The notes under the pieces: model-generated
Database searches by the model: none
What the model was told of the DNA's origin: nothing
What the model saw: only the letters and a program-made list of their open reading frames with translations
Assembly (NCBI GenBank): GCA_963843145.1
Contig: CAWJJC010000023.1
Span: 82,700-146,699, forward strand
Reading direction: 5' to 3'
Source: an uncultured delta proteobacterium
Lineage (GTDB): Bacteria; Desulfobacterota; RBG-13-43-22
DNA: 64,000 nt
Translations under genes and position numbers: made by a program
Shown: positions 41,160 through 52,309 of the stretch, in pieces
How the letters are laid out: every line of letters starts with the position of its first letter
How positions within the stretch are numbered: position 1 is the stretch's first letter

Positions 41160-42050
41160 TTGTTCCAGGCAGCCAGCAAAAGCCATAAAATCTCTGATCA
41201 GATTATAGATCAGTTCCGGGACGCCATCCTTTCCGGTCAATTGAAACCCGGCGAAAAAGTAGCCTCGGAAAAAGAGCTGACGCTCCAGTTCGGGGTCAGC
41301 AAAGCCACCCTCCGCGAGGCCCTTCGCGTCCTGGAGGCCATGGGCCTGATCGAAATCCGCAAAGGGACGGCCGGGGGGGCCTTTGTCGCCGGAGTCGACA
41401 TGCGGGCCACGTTAAACAGCCTAGTCAACTTCCTCCGCTTCGAAAAGATCTCCGTCAGGGAAATCACCATGTTCCGTTATCTGATCGAGCCCACGGTCGC
41501 CGGAATCGCCGCCACCGGGATCACGGATAAGGACATATTCAATCTGAGAAAAATCATCGGACGGACCGTCACCAAGGGTAAAAATGAGGTTTCCAAGGAA
41601 ATCGGATTTCATCGCTATCTGGCCCGCATGGTGGACAACACCCTACTGAATCTGATTATCGATTTTGTTGATAATATCCTGGGGACGTTCAAAACCGAAT
41701 TGGAGCTCAAGGAAAATTTTTACCGGAGTGTCCGGACCTCCCATCGATATATATTGGAATGCATGATCCAGAAAGACCCCATCGCCGCTGCGGTCGCCAT
41801 GGGCAACGACCTGATCGAGGTCGGCAACTATCTGGCTGAGGTCACTAAAACCGCGCCGTTCGACCCCCAGGAACTCCCCCAGTTCTGGTCCTCCGATCAC
41901 TGGCACCTGCTCCTGAACCCGGGAGCCCGGGTGGTAGCCGAGGGAGATCCGCTGATGAAAAACCGGGGGGTTATTTTGAAGCGGGTGGGGGCCAGCCCGC
42001 TGTATCTGGCTTCCCAACCCCCGACCGGCCTAACCAAGGGTTCGTTATAG
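41160..42050 (+). CDS. FadR/GntR-family transcriptional regulator
   Basis: LKPGEKVASEKELTLQFGVSKATLREAL wHTH plus FCD domain. TTG start after AGGAAGG. Confidence 0.9.
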   Translation: MFQAASKSHKISDQIIDQFRDAILSGQLKPGEKVASEKELTLQFGVSKATLREALRVLEAMGLIEIRKGTAGGAFVAGVDMRATLNSLVNFLRFEKISVREITMFRYLIEPTVAGIAATGITDKDIFNLRKIIGRTVTKGKNEVSKEIGFHRYLARMVDNTLLNLIIDFVDNILGTFKTELELKENFYRSVRTSHRYILECMIQKDPIAAAVAMGNDLIEVGNYLAEVTKTAPFDPQELPQFWSSDHWHLLLNPGARVVAEGDPLMKNRGVILKRVGASPLYLASQPPTGLTKGSL

Positions 42051-42147
42051 TTATTCATTTCCGCAACCCAAAAACGATAACAGCGGTTTTGGAAAGAGAT
42101 TAAATAATGCCCAAAAAAACAAAGACCACCTACGGGGAGGATAAGAT

Positions 42148-43665
42148 ATGGCAGACAAACATTTAAAGTATTGTGTCAACAACGAGTGGAGGGAATCCAG
42201 CACCGGCAAATGTATGCCGGTGACGAATTCCAGCACGGGAGAGATTATGGCGGAGGCCCCTTGCTGTACCGTTGACGAAGTGGAAAGCGCCGTGGCGGCG
42301 GCTAAAGCGGCCTTCCCGAAATGGTCGAGCAAGTCCGTGCAACAGCGAACCGAGTTAATGTTCCATTTCCGTCAGCTTCTGGAGGCCCATCTGGAGGAGT
42401 TGACTCTTTCGGTTTCCATGGAGCTAGGCAAAAACCTGGATGAAGCCCGCGGGGATATCCTTAAAAGCATCGAGGTGGTGGAGCTGGCCTGCGCCGCTCC
42501 CGTGCTCATGCAGGGCGACGCCCTGATGAACGTTTCCACCGGGCACGATACGGTCATGTACCGCGAGCCGATCGGCGTTTTTGCGGGTATCGTTCCCTTC
42601 AACTTCCCGTCCATGATCCCCTTCGGCTGGATGATTCCCCTGTGTATCACCATGGGCAACACCTTTGTCCTCAAGGCGGCCAGTTTGACGCCTCAGACCG
42701 CGGTGAGGGTTTTGGAGCTGCTCATCCAAGCCGGAATGCCCCCCGGGGTGGTGAACCTGGTGACCTGCAGCCGCGATGAAGCGGGACTGCTTCTCAAGCA
42801 TCCAGACGTCCGGGGGATTTCTTACGTCGGGTCCACTGCGGTGGGCCGCCATATTTATGCCACGGCCGCCGCCCACGGCAAAAGAGTTCAAGCCCTTTGC
42901 GAGGCCAAAAACCACGCCCTGGTCATGCGCGATGCCGCGCTGGAGCGCTCCGCTTTAGGGATCATCAATTCGACCTTCGGCTGCGCCGGCATGCGCTGCA
43001 TGGCCTTGCCGGTCCTCTGCGTGGAAGAGGCCTGCGCCGACGAATTCCTGGGTTACCTGATCAAGTTCGCCAAGGAGCGCAAGGTCGGATGCGCCTACCA
43101 TCCTGATACGGAACTAGGACCGGTGGTCTCCGCGGAGCATAAGCAATCGGTTATCGACTGGATCAACAAGGGGGTCGCCGAGGGCGCAGAACTGGTTCTC
43201 GACGGAAGGGACATCGTCGTCCCCGGGTTTGAAAACGGTCACTACCTCGGCCCCACCATTCTCGATCAGGTCAAACCGGGGATGCGCGTGGGCGATTCCG
43301 AGGTTTTCGGTCCGGTGACCTGTATCAAACGGGTCAAGGATTTCGAAGAAGGCCTGGCCATCATGAACGCCAACCCCTTTGCCAACGGTTCGGCCATCTT
43401 TACTCAAAACGGCTATTACGCCAGGGAATTCACCCGGAGGACCGACGCCGGTATGGTCGGGGTCAATGTAGGCATTCCCGTGCCCATCTCTTACTTCCCC
43501 TTTTCCGGACACAAGCAGTCCTTTTTCGGCGACCTGCATGTCATGGGCCGAGACGGGGTGGCCTTTTACACAGAATCCAAATGTGTCACCTCCCGCTGGT
43601 TCGGCGAAGTAGAGAAAAAAGAGACCAAGATCAGCACCTGGGAGGGGACCATCGCCCGAAAATAG
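42148..43665 (+). CDS. mmsA: CoA-acylating (methyl)malonate-semialdehyde dehydrogenase
   Basis: PFNFPSM, YVGST, GKRVQA..EAKNH, FGCAGMRCMA and GMVGVNVGIPVP..FPFSG.K.SFFGDLH motifs. Confidence 0.92.
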   Translation: MADKHLKYCVNNEWRESSTGKCMPVTNSSTGEIMAEAPCCTVDEVESAVAAAKAAFPKWSSKSVQQRTELMFHFRQLLEAHLEELTLSVSMELGKNLDEARGDILKSIEVVELACAAPVLMQGDALMNVSTGHDTVMYREPIGVFAGIVPFNFPSMIPFGWMIPLCITMGNTFVLKAASLTPQTAVRVLELLIQAGMPPGVVNLVTCSRDEAGLLLKHPDVRGISYVGSTAVGRHIYATAAAHGKRVQALCEAKNHALVMRDAALERSALGIINSTFGCAGMRCMALPVLCVEEACADEFLGYLIKFAKERKVGCAYHPDTELGPVVSAEHKQSVIDWINKGVAEGAELVLDGRDIVVPGFENGHYLGPTILDQVKPGMRVGDSEVFGPVTCIKRVKDFEEGLAIMNANPFANGSAIFTQNGYYAREFTRRTDAGMVGVNVGIPVPISYFPFSGHKQSFFGDLHVMGRDGVAFYTESKCVTSRWFGEVEKKETKISTWEGTIARK

Positions 43666-43687
43666 TCCTTAAACAAAGGAGGATTTT

Positions 43688-45118
43688 ATGCATGTCACCA
43701 ACAAAGATGCCGTTTTAAATGAGTTAGCCTCTATCGTAGGCCCCAAGAATGCCACCGCCTCCAAGCATATCCGCTATGCCTACTCCTACGACATGTCCTT
43801 CGTGCAGCCCAAGCTTCCGGACTACGTGGTCATGGCCACCACCGTGGATCAGATCCAGGCCGTCCTGAAACTGGCCAACCGGGAGAAGATTCCGGTGGTG
43901 CCCTACACGGCCGGGACCAACATTGGGGGTCTGACTATCCCGGAACGGGGGGGGATCATCCTGGACCTGAAACGGATGAATAAGATCCTTAAAATCGACA
44001 CCGAATCCCATTATGCCGTTATCGAACCGGGGGTCTCCCATGCCCAGTTGGCTAGTGCCCTTTACAAACATAACCTGCGCTTTGGTTGGCCGGTGGGTCC
44101 CCCCTCGGCTTCGGTTTCTTCCTGCGCTATTAACCATGGTATTGGCGGCTTAAATGCCCGCTATGGCCTGAACAGCCAGGAAATAACCAGTATGGAAGTG
44201 GTCTTGCCCTCCGGAGAGCTGGTTCGCGTCGGGTCTTGCGCCATCAATCCCGAGGCCTGGCATAGTGTGTTGCCCATGCCCCAACTGGACGGCCTGTTTA
44301 AAGGCTGGCTGGGCACCACCGGAGTAGTGACCAAACTGGGCATCACGGTCCACCCCATCCCGCCGGTTCTGAAGGTCTTTACCGTCTCCTGCGAGAAGGT
44401 GGAAGACATGGTCTCCTACATGATGAATCTGAGCACCTATGAGATTTGTGACGACCTGACGGCCGTCTCCTGGTGGCTGGCTCAGGTGCCCATCCCCTAT
44501 CCCTACAAACCCAAACCGGACACAGCCAGCGAATGGTTTTGTTTTGCCAACACCAATTCCTTTACCGAAAAGGAAAAGGAGGCCCGGGAAGAAATATGGC
44601 AGACGGTAGTCGAGGAGGAAAAGAAAAAAGGCACCTCCCTTCAGGTAACCCAATACCCGGAAGAGGCCCTGCGGGCCCGGACGCAGCTTCCCAGCCAGAT
44701 CGTGGGCTCCACCAAAAACTACTGCAAACAGGGCGGTGCGGGGATTTCCTGGCCAGGCACCTTTACCCCAGCCAATAAATGGGCCCCGGTTTATACCGAC
44801 TGGAAGAAAATCCTGATGGAACACAACCTGTCTCCCTCAGTTCGCATGAGCATGTACCGGGGTGTCCACTACGGTATGCTCCGGGCCATGATCCCCTTCA
44901 ACAAGAAAAACCCCCAGGAAACCGAAAACGCCCGGCAGGCGATAGTCGAGTGTCTCAAGGTCGACCTGGACCACGGCGGCATGCCCTATAAGCCGCCGGT
45001 GGATTTTGCCCGAGAGATCAACAAACGGGCCCATCCCGGGTATCTGATCTTGTTGAAAAAGGTGAAAAAGCTTCTGGACCCGAACGATATCATGAATCCG
45101 GGAAAATTAGGAATTTGA
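43688..45118 (+). CDS. FAD-binding oxidoreductase (GlcD/D-lactate dehydrogenase-like, VAO family)
   Basis: PDYVV, GTN, DLKRMN, GTTGVVTK and C-terminal KKLLDPNDIMNPGK motifs. Confidence 0.88.
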   Translation: MHVTNKDAVLNELASIVGPKNATASKHIRYAYSYDMSFVQPKLPDYVVMATTVDQIQAVLKLANREKIPVVPYTAGTNIGGLTIPERGGIILDLKRMNKILKIDTESHYAVIEPGVSHAQLASALYKHNLRFGWPVGPPSASVSSCAINHGIGGLNARYGLNSQEITSMEVVLPSGELVRVGSCAINPEAWHSVLPMPQLDGLFKGWLGTTGVVTKLGITVHPIPPVLKVFTVSCEKVEDMVSYMMNLSTYEICDDLTAVSWWLAQVPIPYPYKPKPDTASEWFCFANTNSFTEKEKEAREEIWQTVVEEEKKKGTSLQVTQYPEEALRARTQLPSQIVGSTKNYCKQGGAGISWPGTFTPANKWAPVYTDWKKILMEHNLSPSVRMSMYRGVHYGMLRAMIPFNKKNPQETENARQAIVECLKVDLDHGGMPYKPPVDFAREINKRAHPGYLILLKKVKKLLDPNDIMNPGKLGI

Positions 45119-45229
45119 TCACCCGCCGTCGGTGATCGGCTGACCGGCGGCGGGTCCTGGCCGGTAATCCGGCACCGCCCCCAGCCTGTCTTTTATCAGC
45201 CCAAGGCCTTTGAGGAATCGCTACGGGCC

Positions 45230-46578
45230 ATGAGGGAGGAACGATTGATGAAATGGAATATTCCCACGCTGGAGGAACTGGAAGACGATATCTGGCAATG
45301 CACGGCCTGCGGGACCTGCAAGGTGGCCTACGATTACGGCCCCCCTTCCCAATGCCGGGAAATCTGTCCCTCGGGAACCGAATTTGGTTTCGAGGGGTTT
45401 ATGGCCTCCAAAGGCAAGATCGCCTTTGCCCGTGGTATGTTGAGCGGAGAACTCGAATGGGATGATGAACTGCTGGACGCCCTTTATAGATGCACGATCT
45501 GCGCCGGCTGCCAGAACCAGTGCCAACTGGACCATAAACCCCATCATCCCCGAAATTTTCGAAGCCATGCGCCGCAAGGCGGTGGAAGACGGGGTAGGGC
45601 CTATGCCGGCCCAGAAGGTCATTGCCCAGTCCATGCGGAGCTATGACAATCCCTACCAGGGCCCCCGACGGGTTCGATTGGATTGGACCCGGCCCTTCAA
45701 GAAGGAAAAGCAGAAACCCATCAAGAATATCACTCAAAGAACCGGCGCCCGTCCTCTTCTTTGTCGGTTGCACCGGCGCCTACAATGTCCCGGCCCGGGT
45801 GATGCCTCAGGCCACGGCCTCCATCTTCCGAAACTGGGAGTGGATTTCGGCATCCTGGGTGAAAACGAACTCTGCTGCGGCTCCACGGCCATGCGCTTGG
45901 GGGATGCCGAGGCCTTTAAACGGATGGCCGAAGCCAATCTGCAGACCTTCAAAACACTGCATGAGAGCAAGGGGTGGAGACGATCGTCACCTCCTGCGCC
46001 GGCTGCTATCGGGCCATCCTTAAGGATTACGCCCTGGCCGCTGGATATGCGAGGACCTGATGGAGGGGAATCAAGGTGATCCATATGACCCAATTTCTCA
46101 ACGAATTCATCCAGGCCGGCCAATTGCACATGTTCCAGGCCAGTCCCGATGAAAGTCACCTACCATGATCCCTGCCACGCGGGCCGGCATTTGAACAAAT
46201 ACCTGGTGGACGAAGACGGCTCCCAACTCTGGCCCGGAGCCTATATCAGCCTGAACGAGGAGGACTGTCTCTATGATATTCCCGCGGGACCTCCTCAAGG
46301 CCATCCCCGGCATCGAGCTGGTCGAGATGGAACGGACCCGGGCCAATTCCTTCTGCTGCGGAGGAGGCGGCGGGGTCATGACCGGTTTCCCGGATTGGGC
46401 CCAGCGCAATGCCGCCCTTCGCGTCCAGGAAGGGTTGGAAACCGGCGCCGAACATATGGTTTCCATCTGCCCTTTCTGCCATTTTAATTTGAACCAGGGC
46501 GCCCAGGCCATCGGCAGCACTATGAAACTTTTCGACCTGATCGAGTTGATTGACCAGGCGCTTCCCGAAAAGTCATAA
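45230..46578 (+). CDS. GlcF/HdrD-like Fe-S CCG-domain protein, broken by several frameshifts
   Basis: CTACGTC, CTICAGCQNQC, LCCG, YHDPCHAGR, FCCGGGGG and ICPFC across five overlapping ORFs. Confidence 0.8.
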
Positions 46579-46712
46579 ATCAGACGGTAATCTTCAATTT
46601 AGCCTGAAAATCGATAAGGGGGGGGTGATTTATCCTTAATTAACCGTTTTTGGTAAAAAAGGGCCTAGTGATTCATTCACCATAACTTTTTTGACGAATA
46701 CGAGGAGGGGAT

Positions 46713-48029
46713 ATGGAAACCAAAAAAGGTACGCCGGCAGTACAGAATAAAGAGCCCAAAGGGGTCAATCGTCGTGATTTTTTAAAGACCACCTTAGCCG
46801 GGGCGGCAGGACTCTCCCTAAGTTCCTGGGTGACTACTCCGTTCACCTACGGAGCGGAAAAACCGATTAAGTTGGGCCAGATTCAGGAGTTGACCGTGGG
46901 GGCCACCACCTATGGCTATTGGTTCGACAGGACCGCCAAGGCAGCCGTCGCCAAGCTGAACGCCGAAGGCGGCATCGCCGGCCGTCCAATCGAGTTGATC
47001 ACCCTGGATACCAAATTTAATCCGGCCTGGGGCACCAGCATGTTCAAAAAGCTGATCTTGGAGGATAAAGCGGATTTCATTATGGGCTCCGTTCACTCCG
47101 GGGTTCAGAAAGCCTGCTTCCCGTTGGCTCAGCAGTACAAAATCCCTTATTTCGGGGGAGGGGCCATGACCGCCGATTTCACCCGAAAAGACGCCATCCC
47201 CTACTATATTCGCATCCACACCCACGCCTTGATGCAGGCCACCGCCGGCTGGAAGTGGGGGTTCGACAATCTGGGCAAAAAATGGACCTTCTTGGTGGCC
47301 GATTACGCCTGGGGCCATTCACTGGCCAACGAATTCGGCAGTTTAATCAAAGCCGCCGGCGGCAAGGTCCAGGTCATCCCGGCCCCGCAGGCCACCAAGG
47401 ACTTCGTGCCTTTCCTGCAGAAAGTCGAGCCCGATACGGAAGTGCTGTTCACCGCCTTCCTGGGAGCGGCGGCCCTGGGCTCCCTGCGACAAACCGTGGA
47501 GCTGGGACTGCACAAACGGCTGAAACGCTACACCGTCATCTGCGGGACCGACGGCGTCGGCCAGGAGGAAGTGGGCAAGGAATCCGCCGGGGCCTACTTC
47601 ATCGAATATTATCCCCGCTTTGCGGACCAGGTCCCCAAGGAATTGCAGGCCTATGACAAGGCCTACCGCAAGGCCATCAACCTGGGGGACAACGGACACG
47701 AGGTAGGCAACCCCAAAAACACCGCCACCCTATCCCACTGCTGGACCATGTGGACCGTGCCTTACATGTTAAAGCTGGCCGTGGAGCAGTCCGGCTGGAA
47801 AGACAGCTCCAAAAACCCGGACCTGATCAAGGCCTTTTGCGGCCTTAAGATCAAAGCCGGCCCTTGGGCGCCTCAAGGAGACCTGGTCATGCGGGAAGAG
47901 GATCACCAGGGCTTCCATGATCACTACATCTCCGAAGTAACGCCGGACTTGAAGCTCAAGGTGATCAGCCGGATCCCCAAGGAAAAAGTGATGTACAAAC
48001 CTGATGTCGACTTGAGAGGGAAGGCCTAA
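46713..48029 (+). CDS. Tat-exported Liv-type ABC substrate-binding protein
   Basis: NRRDFLK Tat motif, NAEGGIAGRPIEL and ADYAWG. Confidence 0.9.
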   Translation: METKKGTPAVQNKEPKGVNRRDFLKTTLAGAAGLSLSSWVTTPFTYGAEKPIKLGQIQELTVGATTYGYWFDRTAKAAVAKLNAEGGIAGRPIELITLDTKFNPAWGTSMFKKLILEDKADFIMGSVHSGVQKACFPLAQQYKIPYFGGGAMTADFTRKDAIPYYIRIHTHALMQATAGWKWGFDNLGKKWTFLVADYAWGHSLANEFGSLIKAAGGKVQVIPAPQATKDFVPFLQKVEPDTEVLFTAFLGAAALGSLRQTVELGLHKRLKRYTVICGTDGVGQEEVGKESAGAYFIEYYPRFADQVPKELQAYDKAYRKAINLGDNGHEVGNPKNTATLSHCWTMWTVPYMLKLAVEQSGWKDSSKNPDLIKAFCGLKIKAGPWAPQGDLVMREEDHQGFHDHYISEVTPDLKLKVISRIPKEKVMYKPDVDLRGKA

Positions 48030-48135
48030 CACTTCGCCTTCCCCTTTCGGTTCATTCCCGCCGGCAGGGGGCCTTCCGGCATCGCCGGCCCCCTGCCGAC
48101 ACCCTGATAATCACTAGCGCGGAGATCCAAAGAGC

Positions 48136-48987
48136 GTGCTTGCCAACATCACCATCGCTTTGCTCAATGGCGTGATCTGGGGTTTGATCATGGCCCTGAT
48201 CGCCCTGGGCCTGAATATGATTTTCGGCCTCCTCCACATCATCAACATGGCCCACGGCGCCCTGTATATGCTGGGAGCGGTTGCCGGATGGTATGTCATT
48301 GAGACTACAGGAAATTTTTGGGCCGCCCTGTTTATCGCCCCGCTGATTATCGGGGCCGTCGGCCTGGTCATCGAGCGGGGCCTGCTGCGCACCATTGAAG
48401 ACCAGCCCCTGATGACCATCATTTGCACCTTCGGCATCATGTTGGCCGTCCAGCACTTGGCCTTGATGATCTTTGGAGGGACCCCCCGTCGCATGGCCTC
48501 CCCGATTACCTATCGCTTCGCCTTGTTCGATCTGCAATACCCCCTGATGCGGATCGTTATCGCCCTGATTTCGCTGGCCCTCATGGCCGCCTTGTGGTTT
48601 TTCATCAATCGAACCAAATACGGCATGTGGATGCGGGCCGTGGTCCAGGACCGCGACATGGCCGTCGCCCTGGGCATTCCGGTTCACAAGGTGTATATGT
48701 GGACCTTTGTGCTCGGTTCGGGACTGGCCGCCTTCTCCGGGGTACTGGCCGCCCCGATCGTGGCCGTGGAATTCATGATGGGCCGCGAGGTCCTGATCAT
48801 GGCCTTTATCATCGTTATCGTGGGCGGCATGGGCAGCCTGGAAGGTTCGGTGGTGGCCGCCATTATCATTTCCCTGATCCAGGGCGTCGGCTCCCTGTTC
48901 GTCCCCCCGGCCCTGGCCACGGTCTTTTCCCTGGCCTTCATGATCATCGTGCTGCTGATCCGTCCGCAAGGACTGTTCGGCGATTAG
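48136..48987 (+). CDS. livH: LivH-like ABC permease
   Basis: GLNMIFG...NMAHG and RPQGLFG motifs. Confidence 0.9.
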   Translation: MLANITIALLNGVIWGLIMALIALGLNMIFGLLHIINMAHGALYMLGAVAGWYVIETTGNFWAALFIAPLIIGAVGLVIERGLLRTIEDQPLMTIICTFGIMLAVQHLALMIFGGTPRRMASPITYRFALFDLQYPLMRIVIALISLALMAALWFFINRTKYGMWMRAVVQDRDMAVALGIPVHKVYMWTFVLGSGLAAFSGVLAAPIVAVEFMMGREVLIMAFIIVIVGGMGSLEGSVVAAIIISLIQGVGSLFVPPALATVFSLAFMIIVLLIRPQGLFGD

Positions 48988-49947
48988 AGGTATCCCGTGC
49001 TCTTAAAAAGGAAAACTCCCCGGCCTTCTTGCTGGGTTTTGGATTGGTCCTGTTGGTCCTGGCGGCCCTGCCCTTCACCATGGGACTTTTCTTTCAGACC
49101 TTTGTCACCGAAATTTTAATCTGGGTCCTTTTCGCCCTTTCCTTTGATCTGATCTTCGGGTATACCGGCCTCCTGAGCTTCGGCCAGGCCCTTTTTTTTG
49201 GTGTGGGCGGCTATACCGTCGGCATCCTGATCCTCAAGCTGGGGTGGTCCACCGGGACCGGCTTTCTCTTTTCGATATTCGTGCCCATGATTTTTGCCTG
49301 GTTTGTGGGTTATTTTTCGGTCAGGCTGACCGGCATTCACTTTGTCATTATTACCCTGATCTTCGCCCTGATCGGCAGTACCATCGGAGAGACTTGGAGC
49401 GTCGGTTACCGGCGGGGCCGATGGCCTGGTTTTTCCGGTCACCCCGATCCACTTCGGCCTGTTCCAGGTTGATCTGATGGATATCAAGTCGAATTATTAC
49501 TTCGCCCTGATCATTGTCGCCCTCTCCTACCTTCTCTTGCGCCGGATAGTTCAGTCGCCTTTGGGGAAAGTTCTTATTGCCATCCGGGAAAACGAAGACC
49601 GGGCCCGCTTGATCGGCTATTCCGTGGAACGCTACAAGTTGATCGCCTTTGTCATCGCCGGGGCCTTCTCCGGACTGGCCGGCGGCTTATACAGTCTAAC
49701 GCTTAAATATTCCTCGGCCAACTTCCTGCACTGGTCGGTTTCCGGGCATGCGGTGGTCTACACTATTGTCGGGGGCATGGGGACCCTGATCGGTCCCGTC
49801 CTAGGCACCGCTTTGATCATGTCCCTGGAACACTATCTAATCGATATTTTGGAGGGAACGGAACTCATCATCGGAATCGTACTGGTAGCGATGATTCTGC
49901 TCGCCCCTCAAGGTATCGTCGGGCTTCTAAAAAGAAAGGGACGTTGA
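48988..49947 (+). CDS. livM: LivM-like ABC permease (start uncertain; frameshift near 49400-49440)
   Basis: GYTGLLSFGQA in ORF 48423..49472. SPLG...IRENE..A and PQG in ORF 49477..49947. Confidence 0.8.
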
Positions 49948-50697
49948 GTGACGGCATCCAGCGCTGAAACCATATTGGAAGTGATGGAGGTCACCAAATC
50001 CTTCGGGGGGCTCCTGGCCATTAATCAGGCGAACCTGTCGGTCAAGAAAGGAGAGTTGCGAGCCCTGATCGGACCCAACGGGGCCGGGAAGACCACCATG
50101 TTGAATCTGATTACCGGGATCTTCCCCGTTTCCAGCGGTCAGATCCGCTTCAAAAACCAGGACATCACTCGGCTGAGTCCGGATAAAATCTCCCATCGAG
50201 GCCTGGCCCGGACCATGCAGATCACCAGTCTCTTTTCCGGGTTGACCGTCTACGAAAATATCTGGGCGGCCGTCCAGTCCCGGAAAAGATTTTTGAATCC
50301 CTTCATCAAGGCCAGTCGCTGGCAGGATGTGCGTGAGAAAACGGAAGCCATGCTGGAGCTGACCGGGCTTCAGGATAAAGCCGACTGGATTTGTTCCAAC
50401 CTATCCTACGGGGAGCAGCGGATCCTGGAAATGGGGATTGCCCTGGGCACGGAACCGGACCTGCTGCTCCTGGACGAACCGACCGCCGGACTGAGCACCC
50501 AGGAATCCATGGCCCTGGTGATAAAGATGCGGGCCATGCTTTCCGGGCAGACCATTATCCTGGTGGAGCACGATATGGGGGTGGTCATGCAGTTGGCCGA
50601 TTACATATCGGTGCTTCATTATGGGGAAATCCTGGTGGAAGGAACGCCCCAGGCCATTAAGGAAAATGAAGAAGTAAAGAAAGTCTATCTGGGTTAA
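49948..50697 (+). CDS. livG: LivG-like ABC ATPase
   Basis: GPNGAGKTT, LSYG, LDEPTAG, EHDM and VYLG motifs. Confidence 0.92.
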   Translation: MTASSAETILEVMEVTKSFGGLLAINQANLSVKKGELRALIGPNGAGKTTMLNLITGIFPVSSGQIRFKNQDITRLSPDKISHRGLARTMQITSLFSGLTVYENIWAAVQSRKRFLNPFIKASRWQDVREKTEAMLELTGLQDKADWICSNLSYGEQRILEMGIALGTEPDLLLLDEPTAGLSTQESMALVIKMRAMLSGQTIILVEHDMGVVMQLADYISVLHYGEILVEGTPQAIKENEEVKKVYLG

Positions 50698-50702
50698 TCG
50701 CC

Positions 50703-51404
50703 ATGCTGAAAGTTAACGGGATCGATTGTTATTACGGGAAAAGCCACGTGTTGCACCAGGCCACCCTGGAGGTGCGGGAAAACGCCCTGGTGGGTCTGGT
50801 GGGCCGAAATGGGGTCGGCAAGACCACCATGCTGAAAGCCATCATGGGCATGGTCCCGCCCGCCAACGGGGATATCCGGTTTCTGGGGGCCTCCCTTTCC
50901 GGTCTGCCGAATTATAAAATTCCCCGGCAAGGGATCGCCTATGTGCCCCAGGGGAGGCATCTTTTTCCGAAGCTGACGGTTATGGAGAACCTGCAAATCC
51001 CCATCGTTCAAGGCGAGCTGGACCCTTCCAAATTGGAGGAAATATTCGGATACTTTCCCCGGCTGAAAGAGCGCCTCAAACAAAAAGCCGGTACCCTTTC
51101 CGGGGGGGAACAGCAGATGCTGGCCGTCGGCCGGGCACTGATTACCAAGCCGAAACTGATCCTGCTGGATGAGCCCACCGAAGGGCTGATGCCGCTCCTG
51201 GTCAAATTGATCAGTGAAACCGTCCAGGCCATCAACAAGCGAGGAACGGCGATCCTCTTGGTCGAGCAGAACCTGAAGACCCTCAAGGATATTTGTGACC
51301 GGATCTATATTATGGAAAAAGGGGCCGTGGTCTATGAAGGGTCACCGGATGAACTGGAAGCGACCCCGGAGATCCAGGAACGGTACCTGAGCGTTAAGGT
51401 ATAA
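50703..51404 (+). CDS. livF: LivF-like ABC ATPase
   Basis: GRNGVGKTT, LSGGEQQML and LDEPTEGL motifs. Confidence 0.92.
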   Translation: MLKVNGIDCYYGKSHVLHQATLEVRENALVGLVGRNGVGKTTMLKAIMGMVPPANGDIRFLGASLSGLPNYKIPRQGIAYVPQGRHLFPKLTVMENLQIPIVQGELDPSKLEEIFGYFPRLKERLKQKAGTLSGGEQQMLAVGRALITKPKLILLDEPTEGLMPLLVKLISETVQAINKRGTAILLVEQNLKTLKDICDRIYIMEKGAVVYEGSPDELEATPEIQERYLSVKV

Positions 51405-51434
51405 AGAACCGCACCTCCGGGCGCGGTTCTTTAT
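51401..51434 (+). terminator. Hairpin/putative terminator after the Liv operon
   Basis: ATAAAGAACCGC-loop-GCGGTTCTTTAT. Confidence 0.5.
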
Positions 51435-51472
51435 GAAGCCCCCCAACAGGGGGAGAACGATCCTGAAGCGGG

Positions 51473-52285
51473 GTGAAAGGCGGGGTGGTTATTAGTTTGA
51501 ATAATACCCTACGATTGGTCGGGGTTGCTTTTTGCCTGATGGGATTGTTCCCCGGCTGGTTGTCCGGGGAGGAATTCGAAGCCGTATCCTGTAAAGGCCG
51601 GTCCTTATGGGTTAAACGGGACCCTGCGACCCGATCGCCGCTGATCATCCGAAGTCTCCGGGGCCCACTCCTGAAGGTGAAATCCGGGTTCCCCGCCAAC
51701 CGGTCGCAGGCCGTCGCTAGTGGACTCGAACTGGTCGCCTTTCTGGAACCGTTGATTCCGATTAAGCCCGGTCAACTTAAGTTCAAATCGGCCGTGAAAA
51801 TCGAAGGATCCTGGTTCATCAGCTTCTGGCAGACGGAAAAAAATTATATCGTCTACGGCTCTTCTCTGGGCTACAGCATCGATCCCGGGGGCCTCATTCA
51901 ATCCGTCGGGGCCGTGCTTTATCCGGATATCCCCATTCCGGAAAAAATGGTGGTTTCCCGAAAACAGGCCCTGGAAAAGGCCAAGAGCGGCATTAAAGAT
52001 TTTCGACAAAAGAACTACCGTTTGTTAGCCGAGAATATTCTGATTTTTCCGGATCGGGAGGCCCGGCCGATTCGCTATTACCAGGTCTACGCCTTCAATT
52101 TCTTTACACCGGAGAAGGCTCGGCATCCGGGTACAGCCGAGGCCGGCCTGGGCTTATTCGTAGATACCCAAACCGGGAACATCGTGGATCGCCAGACTCT
52201 TTTTAAACCCTTGGGCTGTTGCGTGCCGGAGGAAGGCCCTCCACTGAACACCCAAGAACTTTATAAATCTCTAATCGGGAAATAA
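51473..52285 (+). CDS. Secreted protein resembling an FTP+PepSY propeptide without a catalytic domain
   Basis: Signal peptide; FWQ...VYGS.L..SIDPGG.I; VSRKQALEKA; FVDTQTGNIV. No HExxH motif. Confidence 0.55.
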   Translation: MKGGVVISLNNTLRLVGVAFCLMGLFPGWLSGEEFEAVSCKGRSLWVKRDPATRSPLIIRSLRGPLLKVKSGFPANRSQAVASGLELVAFLEPLIPIKPGQLKFKSAVKIEGSWFISFWQTEKNYIVYGSSLGYSIDPGGLIQSVGAVLYPDIPIPEKMVVSRKQALEKAKSGIKDFRQKNYRLLAENILIFPDREARPIRYYQVYAFNFFTPEKARHPGTAEAGLGLFVDTQTGNIVDRQTLFKPLGCCVPEEGPPLNTQELYKSLIGK

Positions 52286-52309
52286 AAACCACCAAGGAGG
52301 AAAAACGCC

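Noticed and set aside
52286-52309. Cobalamin riboswitch upstream of the corrinoid genes
   Set aside because: The intergenic space is too short and no B12-box was seen.
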